DNA from: Okamejei kenojei
Taxonomy: Eukaryota
Direction: 5' to 3'
Assembly: GCA_035221665.1 (NCBI GenBank)
Contig: CM069156.1
Coordinates: 41,726,001-41,790,000, forward strand
Length of the DNA: 64,000 bases
How positions within the stretch are numbered: position 1 is the stretch's first letter; every line of letters begins with the position of its first letter. The notes beneath the pieces were generated by a model. The model was not told the DNA's origin. It made no database searches and saw only the letters and a program-made list of their open reading frames with translations. This document shows positions 13,447 to 23,992 of this stretch, one piece after another. A program made the position numbers and the translations under genes.

Positions 13447-13563
13447 CTGTGTGGGGAGAGAGGCGGAGGAGAGGCATTATTAGTTGATGGACACAGACGG
13501 CAGCGCCACACACTGACCCCAACGCGAGAGAAACGAACTCGGCCACGGAAAGTGTCACTGACT

Positions 13564-13883
13564 GGGCGACGCGGTGGTGCAGCGGTAGAGCAACTGTCTT
13601 ACAGCGCTAGAGAGCCGGGTCGGGTCTTAAATATAGGTGCATGTCTGTACGGAGTTTGTACGTTTATCACCGTGACGTGTGTGGGGTTTCTACGAGATCC
13701 TCGGTTTTCCCCCGCACTCCTAAGACGTACAGTTGTGTAGGTTAATTAACTTGGTTTCAATGTAAAATTGTCCCTAGTGTTTGTAGGGTAGTGTTCGTTT
13801 TCGGGGATCTTTGGTCGGTGTGGACTCGGTGGCCGAAGAGCCTGTTTTCGCGCTGTATCTCTAAAACGAGGACTAAAACTAAA
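13564..13883 (+). mobile_element. tRNA-derived V-SINE (HE1-like) in the J-C intron
   Basis: A-box ggtggtgcagcggtaga, degenerate B-box, V-SINE core (ggagtttgtacgt...ccccgcactcc) and CR1-like 3' tail ending ctaaaac. Confidence 0.85.
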
Positions 13884-14179
13884 AGACCGTCGATGACGCG
13901 AACAATTCGTGAAAGTCGAGGAAAAGGCGCGGCTATTCAACCCAGCAGGTCTAAGCCCGCTAATGAAGATTGGCCCAGGTTAATCGCAGCTGTCGCCTTG
14001 CAGCCAACACCAGGCCGAGAGCTCTAGACCCACTTGAGTAACATCACCCCGGCCCCGACCCTCCACCTGGCGCCGCTCGTCTTTACCTCGCTCTGTCGAG
14101 ACGACTTCATTGCGGGGTTCAATAATTCCCCAGCTCTGTAATTCGGTTGAATGTGAATTTGCGAATGCAGCTATTTTAG

Positions 14180-14465
14180 GAGATACAGCATGGAAACGGG
14201 CCCTTCGGCCCACCATTTATCACCCGTTCACACTAGTTCTATGATATCCCGCTTCTCACCCACTGCCCGTACACTCGGGGCAATTAACCTCCAAACCCGC
14301 ACGTCTTTGGGATGTGGAGGGAAACCAGAGCAGCCGGAGGAATCCCGGGGTCATAGGGAGAACTTGAAAACCCCACACAGACAGCACCCGAGGTCAGGCT
14401 CGAACCGGGGAATCTGGCGCAGTGAGGCAACATATCTACCATTGAGCCAATGTGCCGCACCCACT
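14180..14465 (-). mobile_element. tRNA-derived V-SINE (HE1-like), inverted copy in the J-C intron
   Basis: Reverse complement of the same SINE (gtgcggcacattggctcaatggtaga...ggttcgagcc...gggccgaagggcccgtttccatgctgtatctc). Confidence 0.8.
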
Positions 14466-14989
14466 TTAAGGAGTTATGGCGGGAAGTACCGGTACCGGAG
14501 AGGCCTCCGGATATGCAACACTCCATGTCAAGTGACGCAAGGGGAGCGGTGGGACGCAGCGCGGCTCCGCAAACCATTGAGAGTTGGAGACGAGGAAGCG
14601 ATCTGTTCATCCCGGATTACACCCCGAGCCGGCAGCAACACGTCCTTTCCCGCTACACTCTCTAACCGACTCGCCCAACCCGCTGCACAGTATTTTCCTC
14701 AATGTCTTTCATCAGAATGCCTGAAAATTGTCTTCCTTGTTTACCAACATTAACGCGTTTGATTGTCGCAAAGTGCGACTAGTGTTAACGATGCAGAAAT
14801 CCCCGCGGGCTAGCGTTCCCCGCAGGCGCGAATACTCTCCCGACCGCTGATGGACAGAATGGCCTCCCGCGCCGAGCAGAGACAGAGCAAGTTTTTCCGG
14901 AGCGCAGATACAAGTCCGGCGTTCCCGGACTCTGGAATGAGGACGACTGCAAAGGGAATTCAATGGAACAGAACGAGGAAGTCACTTAC

Positions 14990-15349
14990 TATTTATATCC
15001 AGGATATTCCCAGGGCTGAAGAAGAATCCCACACCGCTTTCCCACACGGCACAGTAGTAGACGGCGGCGTCTCCGGGCTCCAAGGTGCCGATGGTCAGGA
15101 TGTAGCTGTTGGCGGAGGTATCTCTGGACGGTTGAAACCGGTCTGTGATCCCACTGCCACGGTATATATCATTATCCGTTTCATACTCTATCACCCACTC
15201 TGGTCTCTCCCAGGGACGCTGTCGATACCAACTTACATCGTAACTTGCAACATTTCCGTTCTGCATCCGACACTCTAAGCGGACGGTTTGTGCCGCGGAG
15301 ACAGGTCCGGACGTTGGCGTCTGATTCAGGACTGGGATCGCCAGGAGAC
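14990..15349 (-). CDS. NS5: Ig light chain sigma-cart germline-joined V-J exon
   Basis: (G)LLAIPVLNQTP...RLECRM...WYRQRP...DRFQPSRD...YILTI..LEPGDAAVYYCAVWESGVGFFFSPGNILDIN. V runs in frame into a J-like FSPG segment with no RSS between them. Acceptor ttttgttgaAG at 15350-15351; donor GTAAGT at 14989-14984. Confidence 0.96.
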
Positions 15350-15409
15350 CTTCAACAAAACACAATGAAAACCTTAAACAAAGCCTCAGAAATAATGGAC
15401 ATTCTTTAG

Positions 15410-15600
15410 AATGAGCTGATGAAGAGTTTCTTTAGTCCAAGGGATGTGAATTAATTGCCACAGACGGCGGTTTAGGCCAAACTAAGGCAGAGATAGATAG
15501 ATCCGTGTTTCGTATGGGTGACAGGGATTATGGGGAGAAGGCAGGAGAATAGGGTTTGGAGAAAGAGATAGATCAGCCGTGATTGAATGGCCGATCACAT
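15410..15600 (+). mobile_element. CR1 3' fragment in the leader-V intron
   Basis: gggattatggggagaaggcaggagaat...gatcagcc.tgattgaatgg matches CR1 3' ends elsewhere in the window. Confidence 0.7.
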
Positions 15601-15677
15601 ATGAACGGATGAAACGTTTAGCCGATATTTTAACGAGCCTCGTTGCAGATAATCAGTCGTGAACCAAACCGACTCAC

Positions 15678-15726
15678 CTGCTGGGAGCAGCAGCAGAGGC
15701 CACAGGAGGTGCAGCGCTGGGGCCAT
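15678..15726 (-). CDS. NS5: Ig light chain leader (signal peptide) exon
   Basis: ATG at 15726-15724 gives MAPALHLLWPLLLLPA(G), 49 nt, phase 1. Donor GTGAGT at 15677-15672. Splices in frame to the V-J exon. Confidence 0.92.
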
Positions 15727-15829
15727 TCTTCCGGACAGGCGAGCAGCCAAACTTCAGACCCACTCGTGTTGTACTGCAAAGTCCGAGAGCCGCTCGGGTT
15801 CCAGTGTCTGGAAACCAGAGCCTCTGGTT

Positions 15830-15925
15830 GTCTCTATTAACCGGAATGTAATGAGTGGGAGGGGCCATGAAACCTGTGTGGGCGGAGACTGATTTCCGGC
15901 GCTTTAGAATCTGCTGACGCCAAAT
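15830..15925 (-). promoter_or_regulatory. Putative IgL core promoter
   Basis: TATA-like TTAATAG at ~15834-15840, ~110 nt upstream of the ATG. GC-box-like gggcgg at ~15880 and CRE-like TGACGC at ~15915. No canonical octamer seen. Confidence 0.35.
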
Positions 15926-16059
15926 TAAATGTCGTTGAATTCTTATTGAAATTAATTTATAATCCAAGTAGGTAAACATACCAGGAATTTGATTTACCAG
16001 CAATCATTCAAAAAAAAACAACAAGATACATAACCACATTCAAATTACACATAGACTTA

Positions 16060-16360
16060 AGCAGTCGGCGTGTGAGAATCCCCAGGGCCACAGCATAAGC
16101 GGAGACCCAAAGCCATCAGTTCAATGTCCGGGCCACACACGCGCTCATTCACCGTGATGTGACCAGAGTTGTACCGACCGCAGTCACTCTCTCTGCAGTC
16201 CCTGTAGCCCGAACCGTCCCGTCCCCACTCGCAGACTCCGGGATGTCCTCACGGAGCCATGTCCCTGCAAAACACCGAGATCACTGCACTCACGCCACTG
16301 CCTCCGAGTTCCCACCAGTGCAGGCAGCACGTCCATCTCGTTTTTTTCGGCGACCTCACA
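16060..16360 (-). mobile_element. Degenerate LINE AP-endonuclease fragment (Rex1/Babar- or L2-like)
   Basis: Across frameshifts it reads EMDVLPALV...WRECS..CFAGTWLREDIPES, resembling the RECS..CFTETWL..DIPD motif. Confidence 0.55.
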
Positions 16361-17439
16361 TTCCCCACTCTGATAGAAGTCAAATAACTTATCCCTAATT
16401 TCCTCCTTTTCTCCCAGCTCCACGATGTTAAAGCCGTTGTGCAGACGAGATACGTTGAAAAAGTCGCATCTACGTCGAGGAAAGAGTTAAAAGAAGGCCC
16501 CCCCCCCCCCAACATAATACAATATGTATGTACGCTAAAAACATACAAGTAAATATAAACCAAAACAGCAACCTCTAATCTGAAAATGTTTCATCTTTGG
16601 TTGGACATAGAACATAGCACAGTGCAGCACAGGAACAGGCCCTTCGGCCCGCAATGCACGTCTCTTACCGCTAAATTCCGTATCCGCGATTAACTATATA
16701 CCAATCGTCAAATTCTGAATCTTCAACTACAGGTTTAATCTTCGGTTGTGTAAAAGCTTCAGGCTTGTGAAGATTTGATTAATATCAGGGTACATTGGTT
16801 TCGGACATTCGGATTGAGTATTGTGGTCTGAGCCGGCAGGCCATTCTGTCCATCGCTTCTATCCCACCGGTCGATCAGGTCAAAGTTGCTCCGTATCATA
16901 TTGATCAACCCTGCGCAAACACTCTCTGCCCGCAGCGAAACTGTCTCACCAATGAACAGGTTCCGATCTGGGATTGGGAAAACCTTGCAGGAAACATTAC
17001 GCATCTGTACTTTGCCTGTTTAAAATTTACTGCATAACACCCATTGACTGGCGACCGTTTCCCAAGAGCACCCGGAACGCGACCCTGGAGAATCGCGATT
17101 CGCCTCAAACAGTTGGTTCAGGCTTTGCGCAAATTAACATTATTAGGACATTGAAGATACATCAGTACAGCACATGAACCTTCGGCCTGCCAGACCAGTC
17201 GCGAAGGCAAAAGCTCCTCTCCATGTACATAATCCATATCCCACATTTCCTCGGATATACAAATGTCTCTTAAACGCCAATGTCTTAACCACCGCTCCCG
17301 GCAGCGTGATCCAGTCATCCACCACCCTCTGTGTAACACCCCTGCCCCACACATTTGATTCTTACTTTGCTACTCTCACGTTTAAAACTGTACCCTCTTA
17401 GTATTCGACTTGGGTACAATACAATACAATATATACAAT

Positions 17440-18020
17440 TTGTCTTGGGTACAATACAATATTGATAAATGTGAGGTTATCCACTTTGAGGGCAAAAACA
17501 AGGGGGCAGATTATAATCTCAATGGGGTTAGGTTAGGTAAGGGGGAGGTACAGCGAGACCTGGGTGTCCTTGTGCACCGGTCACTGAAAGTTGGCTTACA
17601 GGTACAGCAGGCAGTGAAGAAAGCTAATGGAATGTTGGTCTTCATAACAAGAGGATTTCAGTATAGGAGTAAAGAGTTCTGCGGTTGAATAGGGCTCTGG
17701 TGTGACCACATCTGGAGTGTTCATTTTTGGTCTCCTAATTTGAGGAAGGGCATCCAGTGCAGCGTAGGTTCACGAGATTGATCCCTGGGGTGGCGGGACT
17801 GTCATATGAGGAAAGATTGAAAAGACCAGGCTTGTATTAACTGGAGTTTAGAAGGATGAGGGGGATGTTATAGAAACAAATCAAATTATAAAACGACTGA
17901 ACAAGCTAGATGCAGGAAAAATGTTCCCAATCTTGGACGATTCCAGAACCAGCGGCCACAGTCTTGGAATAAAGGGGAGGTATTTTAAGACTGAGATAAG
18001 AAAAAACGTTTTCACCCAGA
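17440..18020 (+). mobile_element. CR1 fragment (3' part deleted)
   Basis: [15 protein letters not shown]...[27 protein letters not shown]. Confidence 0.88.
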
Positions 18021-18521
18021 GACCTCGGGTGCTATCTGTCAGGAATTGCTTCTCCCTGTGTCCGCGCTAGTTTTCTCCCGGTGTTCCAGGTTCCTCCCAC
18101 ATCCCCCCAAAATTGCTGGTCTTTACACAATGCAAAGGTAGGATAACATGGAACATGTGTGTATGAGTGATCTTTGATCAGCCTGTTTCCACATTGTAAC
18201 TTTAAACTAAAAAGCGCACAACACAAACCGCTACCGCAGCAACTGTGATATTCTCTGATTTTTGTTGCACAACGGGCTTCGGTTTTCTACTTTTGTGGTT
18301 ACCTTGTATAACTGATTACTAATGAATTGTATTATTGATTACTGTATATTTTCTCCGCGTTAATACGTCAATGGGTCTATCAAGGTATAAATACTATTAG
18401 GGTACGGGGTTCCTCGCGCCTCGGTTCGTCCTTGTTCAACGTGAAGGTGGCTGATCATTTACCCGAGTGCTACCCTCCCGCACGAAACCCATAGCATCAA
18501 TTCCCTTCACATCCAACAATA

Positions 18522-20127
18522 CAGTGCTTGCAAAAGTTTTCATACCCCTTGAACTTTTCCACATTTTGTCACGTTACAACCACAAACGTAAATGTATTTT
18601 ATTGGGATTTTATGTGATAGACCAACACAAAGTGGCGCATAATTGTGAAGTGGAAGGAAAATTATACATGGTTTTCAAATGTTTTTACAAATAAAAAACT
18701 GAAAAGTGTGGCATGCAAAAGGCTTCAACCCCCTTCACTCTGATACCCCTAAATAAAATCCAGTGCCACCAATTGCCTTCAGAAATCACCTAATTAGTAA
18801 ATAGAGTCCATTTGTGTGTAATCTAATCTCAGTATAAATACAGCTGTTCTGTGAAGGCCTCAGAGGTTTGTTAGTGAACATTGGTGAACAAACAGCATCA
18901 TGAAGCCCAAGGAAGACACAGGACAGGGCAGGGATAAAGTTGTGGAGAAGTTTAAAGCAGGGTTAGGTTATAAAAAAATATCCCAAGCTTTGAACATCTC
19001 ACGGAGCACTGTTCAATCCATCATCCTAAAATGGAAAGAGTATGGCACAACTGTAAAACTACCAAGACATGGCCGTCCACCTAAACTGACAGGCCGGGCA
19101 AGGAGAGCATTGGTCAGATAAGCAGCCAATGGTAACTGCAGGAGCTGCAGAGAGCCACAGCTCAGGGGGAGAATCTGTCCACAGGACAACTATTAGTCGT
19201 GCACATTAGTCCACAAATCGGGACTCTATGGAAGAGTGGCAAGAAGAAAGCCATTGTTGAAACTAAGCCATAAGAAGTCCCGTTTGCAGTTTGCCACAAG
19301 CCATGTGGGGGACACAGCAAACATGCGGAGGAAGGTGCTCTGGTCTGATGAGACCAAAATTGAAGTTTTTGGCCTAAATGCAAAACGCAATGTGTGGCGA
19401 AAAACTAACACTGGACATCACCCTGAACACACCATCCCCCCTGTGAAACATGGTGGTGGCAGCATCATGCTGTGGGGATGTTTTTTTCTTCAGCAGGGAC
19501 AGGGAAGCTGGTCAGAGTTGATGGGAAGATGGATGGAGCCAAATACAGGGCAATCTTGGAAGAAAACCTGTTAGAGTCTGCAAAAGACGAGACTGGGGCA
19601 GAGGTTCACCATCCAGCAGGACAACGACCCTAAACATACAGCCAGGGCTACAATGGAATGGTTTAGATCAAAGCATATTCATGTGTTAGAATGGCCCAGT
19701 CAAAGTCCAGACCTAAATCCAATTGAGAATCTCTGGCAAGACTTGAAAATTGCTGTTCACAGACGCTCTCCATCCAATCTGACTGAGCTTGAGCTATTTT
19801 GCAAAGAAGAATGGGCAAACATTTCAGTCTCTAGATGTGCACAGCTGGTGGAGACATACCCCCAAAAGACTTGCAGCTGTAATTGCAGCAAAAGGTGGTT
19901 CTACATAGTATTAACTCAGGGGGGCAAAATACTTTTGCACGCCACACTTTTCAGTTTTTTTATTTGTAATAAAATTTGGAAACCATGTATCATTTTCCTT
20001 CCACTTCACATTTATGCACCACATTGTGTTGGTCTATCACATAAAATCCCAATAAAATACGTTTGTGGTTGTAACGTGACAAAATGTGGAAAAGTTCAAG
20101 CGGTATGAAAACTTTTGCAAGCCACTG
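18522..20127 (+). mobile_element. Tc1-family DNA transposon, complete ends, defective transposase
   Basis: ~200-bp TIRs beginning CAGTG, with TA on both sides (18520-18521, 20128-20129). Paired-like HTH with GRPPKL. WSDETK / QQDNDPKH / SPDLNPIENLW catalytic motifs (DD34E type). Confidence 0.95.
18900..19920 (+). pseudogene. Tc1 transposase pseudogene
   Basis: ORF pieces 18900-19121, 19236-19574 and 19653-~19920, broken by a premature TAA and frameshifts. Confidence 0.9.
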
Positions 20128-20150
20128 TATATCTAAAATCTATTCAATCC

Positions 20151-20430
20151 AGGGGTGGCGTGGCAGTTGAGCTACTGCCAGAGACACGGGTTCGATCCTG
20201 ACTACGGATACTTGTCCGTACGGAATTAGTACGTACTCCCCAAGAGCTGCGTAGGTTTTCCTCGCGATCTTTTGTTTCCTCCCACACTACAAAAGCATAA
20301 AGATTTGTAGGTTAATTGGCTTGGTATAAATGTAAAGTGTTCCCAGTTTGTGTAGGATAGTGTAAGTGTGCGGGGGTGTCTGGTCGGTGCGGACTCGCTG
20401 GGCCGATGGGACGTGTCTCTAAAGAAAACT
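20151..20430 (+). mobile_element. V-SINE (HE1-like)
   Basis: B-box gggttcgatcc with the same core and tail as the 13564 copy. Paralogue at ~33540-33815. Confidence 0.8.
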
Positions 20431-20459
20431 CATTAAAATATGTATTGTATAAACCAAGC

Positions 20460-21865
20460 AATTCGAGCCAGCGCCGCCATTCAATGTGATCATGACTGAG
20501 CATCCATATTCAGTACCCCGTTCCTGCCTTCTCCCCATATCCCTTGAATCCGCTAACCCTAAGCGCCCTATATAAATCTCTTTTCAATGTATCCAGTGAA
20601 TCGGCCTCCACTGCCTTTTGAGGCAGAGAATTCCACAAATTCGCAACACTCTGGGTGAAAACGTTTTTCCTCATCTCCGTTCTAAATGGCCTACCCCATA
20701 TTCTTAAAATGTGGCCCCTGGTTATGGACCCCCAACATCGGGAACATGTTTTCTGCATCTAGCTGTCTAATCCCTTAATAATTGTATATGTTTTTATAAG
20801 ATCCTCTGTCATCCTTCTAAACTCCAGTAAGAACAAGCCCAGTCGTCCCACTCTTTCATCATATGACTGTCCCGCCATCCCGGGAATTAACTTCGTGAAC
20901 CTACGCTGCACTCAATAGGAAGAATGGCCTTCCTCAAATTAGGAGACCAAAACTGCACGCAATACTCCAGGGGTGGTCTCACAGGGGCCCTTTACAACTG
21001 CAGAAGGTGCTCTTTGCTCCTATACTCAAACCCGCTTGTTATGTAGGCCAACATGCCATTAGCGTTCTTCACAGCCTGATGTGCCTGCATGCTTACTTTC
21101 AGTGACTGATGCACAAGGACACCCTGGTCTCGTTGCACTTCCCCTTATCCTGCAACATTCTGACTACATTCAGATGGTAATCTGCCTTCTTGTTCTTGCC
21201 ACCAAAGTGGATAAACTCGCAATTATCCACTTTATACTGCATCTGCCCACTCACCCAACCGATCCAAGTCACCCTGCATCCCCATAGCATCCTATTCACA
21301 GTTCACACTGCCACCCAGCTTTGCGACATCTGCACATTTGCTAATGTTACTTTTAATTCCTTCATCTAACTCATTTATATATGTTGCAAATAGCTGCGGT
21401 CCCAGCACCGAGCCTTGCAGCACCCCACTAGTCACTGCGTGTCATTCTGAAAGGGACACGTTAATTCATACTCTTTGTTTCCTGTCTGCCAAACAATTTT
21501 ATTTCCATGTCAAAACCCTACCCCCAAAACCATATGTTCTAATTGTGCCCACTAATTTCCTGTGTAGGGCTTTCCGAAAGTCCAGATACACTACATCCAC
21601 TGGCTCTCCCTAATCCATATTTCTTGATACATCTTGAAAAAATTCCAGAAAATTACTCAAGCAAGATTTCCCCTTCATAAATCCATGGTGACTTGGACCG
21701 ATCCTGTTACTGCTATCCAAATGCGCCGCTATTACATCTTTATTAATTGACTCCAGCATCTTCCCCACCACTGGTGCCAGGCTAACTGGTCTATAATGTC
21801 CTGTTTTCTCTCTCCCTCCTTTCTTAAAAAGTGGGATAATAGTAGCTATCGTCCAATCCACAGGT
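20460..21865 (-). mobile_element. CR1 LINE RT/3' fragment
   Basis: ORFs PLFKKGGREKTGHYRPVSL...HGFMKGKSCLSNFLEFF and RGHILRI..RTEMRKNVFTQ. Confidence 0.9.
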
Positions 21866-22194
21866 GCAGAGACCTTGGTATATCTTCATGTTACACACTC
21901 GTGGGCTGGAATTAAGGAAATTAATTATCGGAATAAAATTAAGGCATTCGGCCCATCGAGTCTAATCTGCCATTTAATCATGTCTGATTTCAGCCTACTA
22001 ATCCCACTTTCCTGCCTTTTCCCCATAACCCTTGACACCCATTCTAATCAAAATGTGTCAACCTCTGCCTTAAAAATGCCCACTGGACATGAACTCCACA
22101 GCCCTCTGTGGCAAGGAGTTCCTCAAATGACGAAATAAGTTCCTCCTCACTAAAAGAGCGCGGGAGCACGGCATCCATTGTCCTCAGCCCACGG

Positions 22195-22475
22195 ACGCAC
22201 GGTGTCTCAGTGGTAGAGTTGCTGCCGGAGACCTGGGTTCGATCCCGACTACGGGTTCTGTCTGTGCGGATGTTGTATGTTCTCCCCTTGACCTGCATTA
22301 GTTTTCACCGAGTACTTCGGTATCCTCCCACACTCCAAAGACGTACATGTTTGTAGGTTAATTGGCTTGGTAAATGTAAAAATTATCCCTAGTGGGTGTA
22401 GGATAGTGGGGATCGCTGGTCGGCGCGGACCCAATCAGCCGCAGGGCTTGTTTCTGTGCTATATCTCTAAACTGA
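22195..22475 (+). mobile_element. V-SINE (HE1-like)
   Basis: tRNA-like head (gggttcgatccc), V-domain and tail. Paralogue at ~36025-36305. Confidence 0.82.
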
Positions 22476-23834
22476 ACGAATCTAATCAAGAAATATAATT
22501 AAAACGGGTGTATTACCACAGCACTAGTACGGGTTGTTCTGAGAGCCAGTCGTCTATTCTGAGAAGAGCCGTTACACTTGCAAAATAGCTGGTAATGCTG
22601 ACATTGAGGGGTTTATCAAGGGTTAAAACAGGATCTTGATCAGCTTGTCAAATGCTCTGAAGAACTGCAAATGGAGTGCAATGTAGATAACTGCAATGCG
22701 TTGCATTTTGGGAAGACAATCAAGGGTAGGAGCTTCACAATGAAGGCCCGGGGGGTGGGTGTGCGCGGGGGGGGGGGGGGGGGGGGAACAGAGCACAATT
22801 CCTTAAAAGTGGCCTCACCGGTAAATACGAAGTGTTGTAGAGTAGGGAGATTAAGAGTACAGTTACATAGTTCACATGTAGACTGGGTGGTCAAGAAAGC
22901 TTTCGAAACATTGTCCTGCATCAGTTAAGCATAGAAGTTAGTATCTGACATTTGCAAGAAACGTTGATGAGACCGCAATAGGTGTATCGTGTTCAGATTT
23001 GGTCACTCTAATGTAGGAAACATGTTAATTAAGCTGGAAAAAGTGCATCGAGAGTCACAAGGGTGTTGCAAGAACGGGGAAAGGCTGAGGGGTGACCCTA
23101 TGGAGAGTTATAAAATCACGAGGCGGATAGATACTGTGAATGCAGAGTTTTTATTCGGGGGTAGCAAAGTAAAGTGTTAGAGAGCATAGGTTTTTGAAAA
23201 GGATTACATTTATGTGGAACCTGATGGGCTGGGACTTGAAATCGATAACTCTGTTCAATGATGAACTGGAACATGTCTCTCTCCATCAGTCTCATTGCGA
23301 CCCAGAACACCACCACTTGTTTTTTTTTGCCCACGGTTCATGGCCGAGAGCAGCCGAGGCGCCAGCCCGTGTGTTTGATCGGCGCTGATGCAGCTGCGTT
23401 CTCGTCATTTCCCCACGGGGACCCGGCCGGTGGTGGCGCGGTCTTTATTTAGCTGCCGTTATACAAATCGATGCTGTTTTTGTTTGTTTGTGAAGCGGTG
23501 CAGTGTCGCGGTCGCTGGGACCCTATGAGGGAGAGGAGGGAGACGTGGGGGAGCATTTCAAAAATGATTTAACATTAAGAAACTGCAATCTCCGGAAGAC
23601 GATGAACCTGAAATGTAGTCTTTAAAAAAAATATTTCCATAAATTGCAGTTCATTGTTCTTTCAAGCGATGAACCTTCAATATTTTATTTTGATAGAAAG
23701 TTTGATTGATAATAATTGCGAAAGAGCTCACTGCCGGAAGAAGAAATCGCCGAGGTTACCAGCTGTGATAAATATCTTAGTATTCGGGAGGGAGCAGGGG
23801 GACTGGGATCAGCGTGCAAGGATATATTAGGATA

Positions 23835-23992
23835 NNNNNNNNNNNNNNNNNNNNNNNNNNNNNNNNNNNNNNNNNNNNNNNNNNNNNNNNNNNNNNNNNN
23901 NNNNNNNNNNNNNNNNNNNNNNNNNNNNNNNNNNNNNNNNNNNNNNNNNNNNNNNNNNNNNNNNNNNNNNNNNNNNNNNNNNNNNNNNNNNN
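23835..23992. other. Assembly gap (158 N)
   Basis: Run of N. Confidence 1.

Noticed and set aside
13564-13640. tRNA-like A/B boxes as tRNA genes
   Set aside because: They are SINE heads followed by the V-domain and a LINE-like tail.
13034-13740. Plus-strand ORFs of 149, 74 and 122 aa over the C exon
   Set aside because: Antisense shadows of a GC-rich exon and SINE, with no motifs.
14190-14753. 187-aa plus-strand ORF in the J-C intron
   Set aside because: Largely an antisense SINE plus GC-rich intron; no recognisable domain.
15050-15090. Embedded heptamer (TACTGTG/CACAGTA) at the end of V FR3 as a V-replacement signal
   Set aside because: It is explained by the YYC codons and has no nonamer at either spacing.
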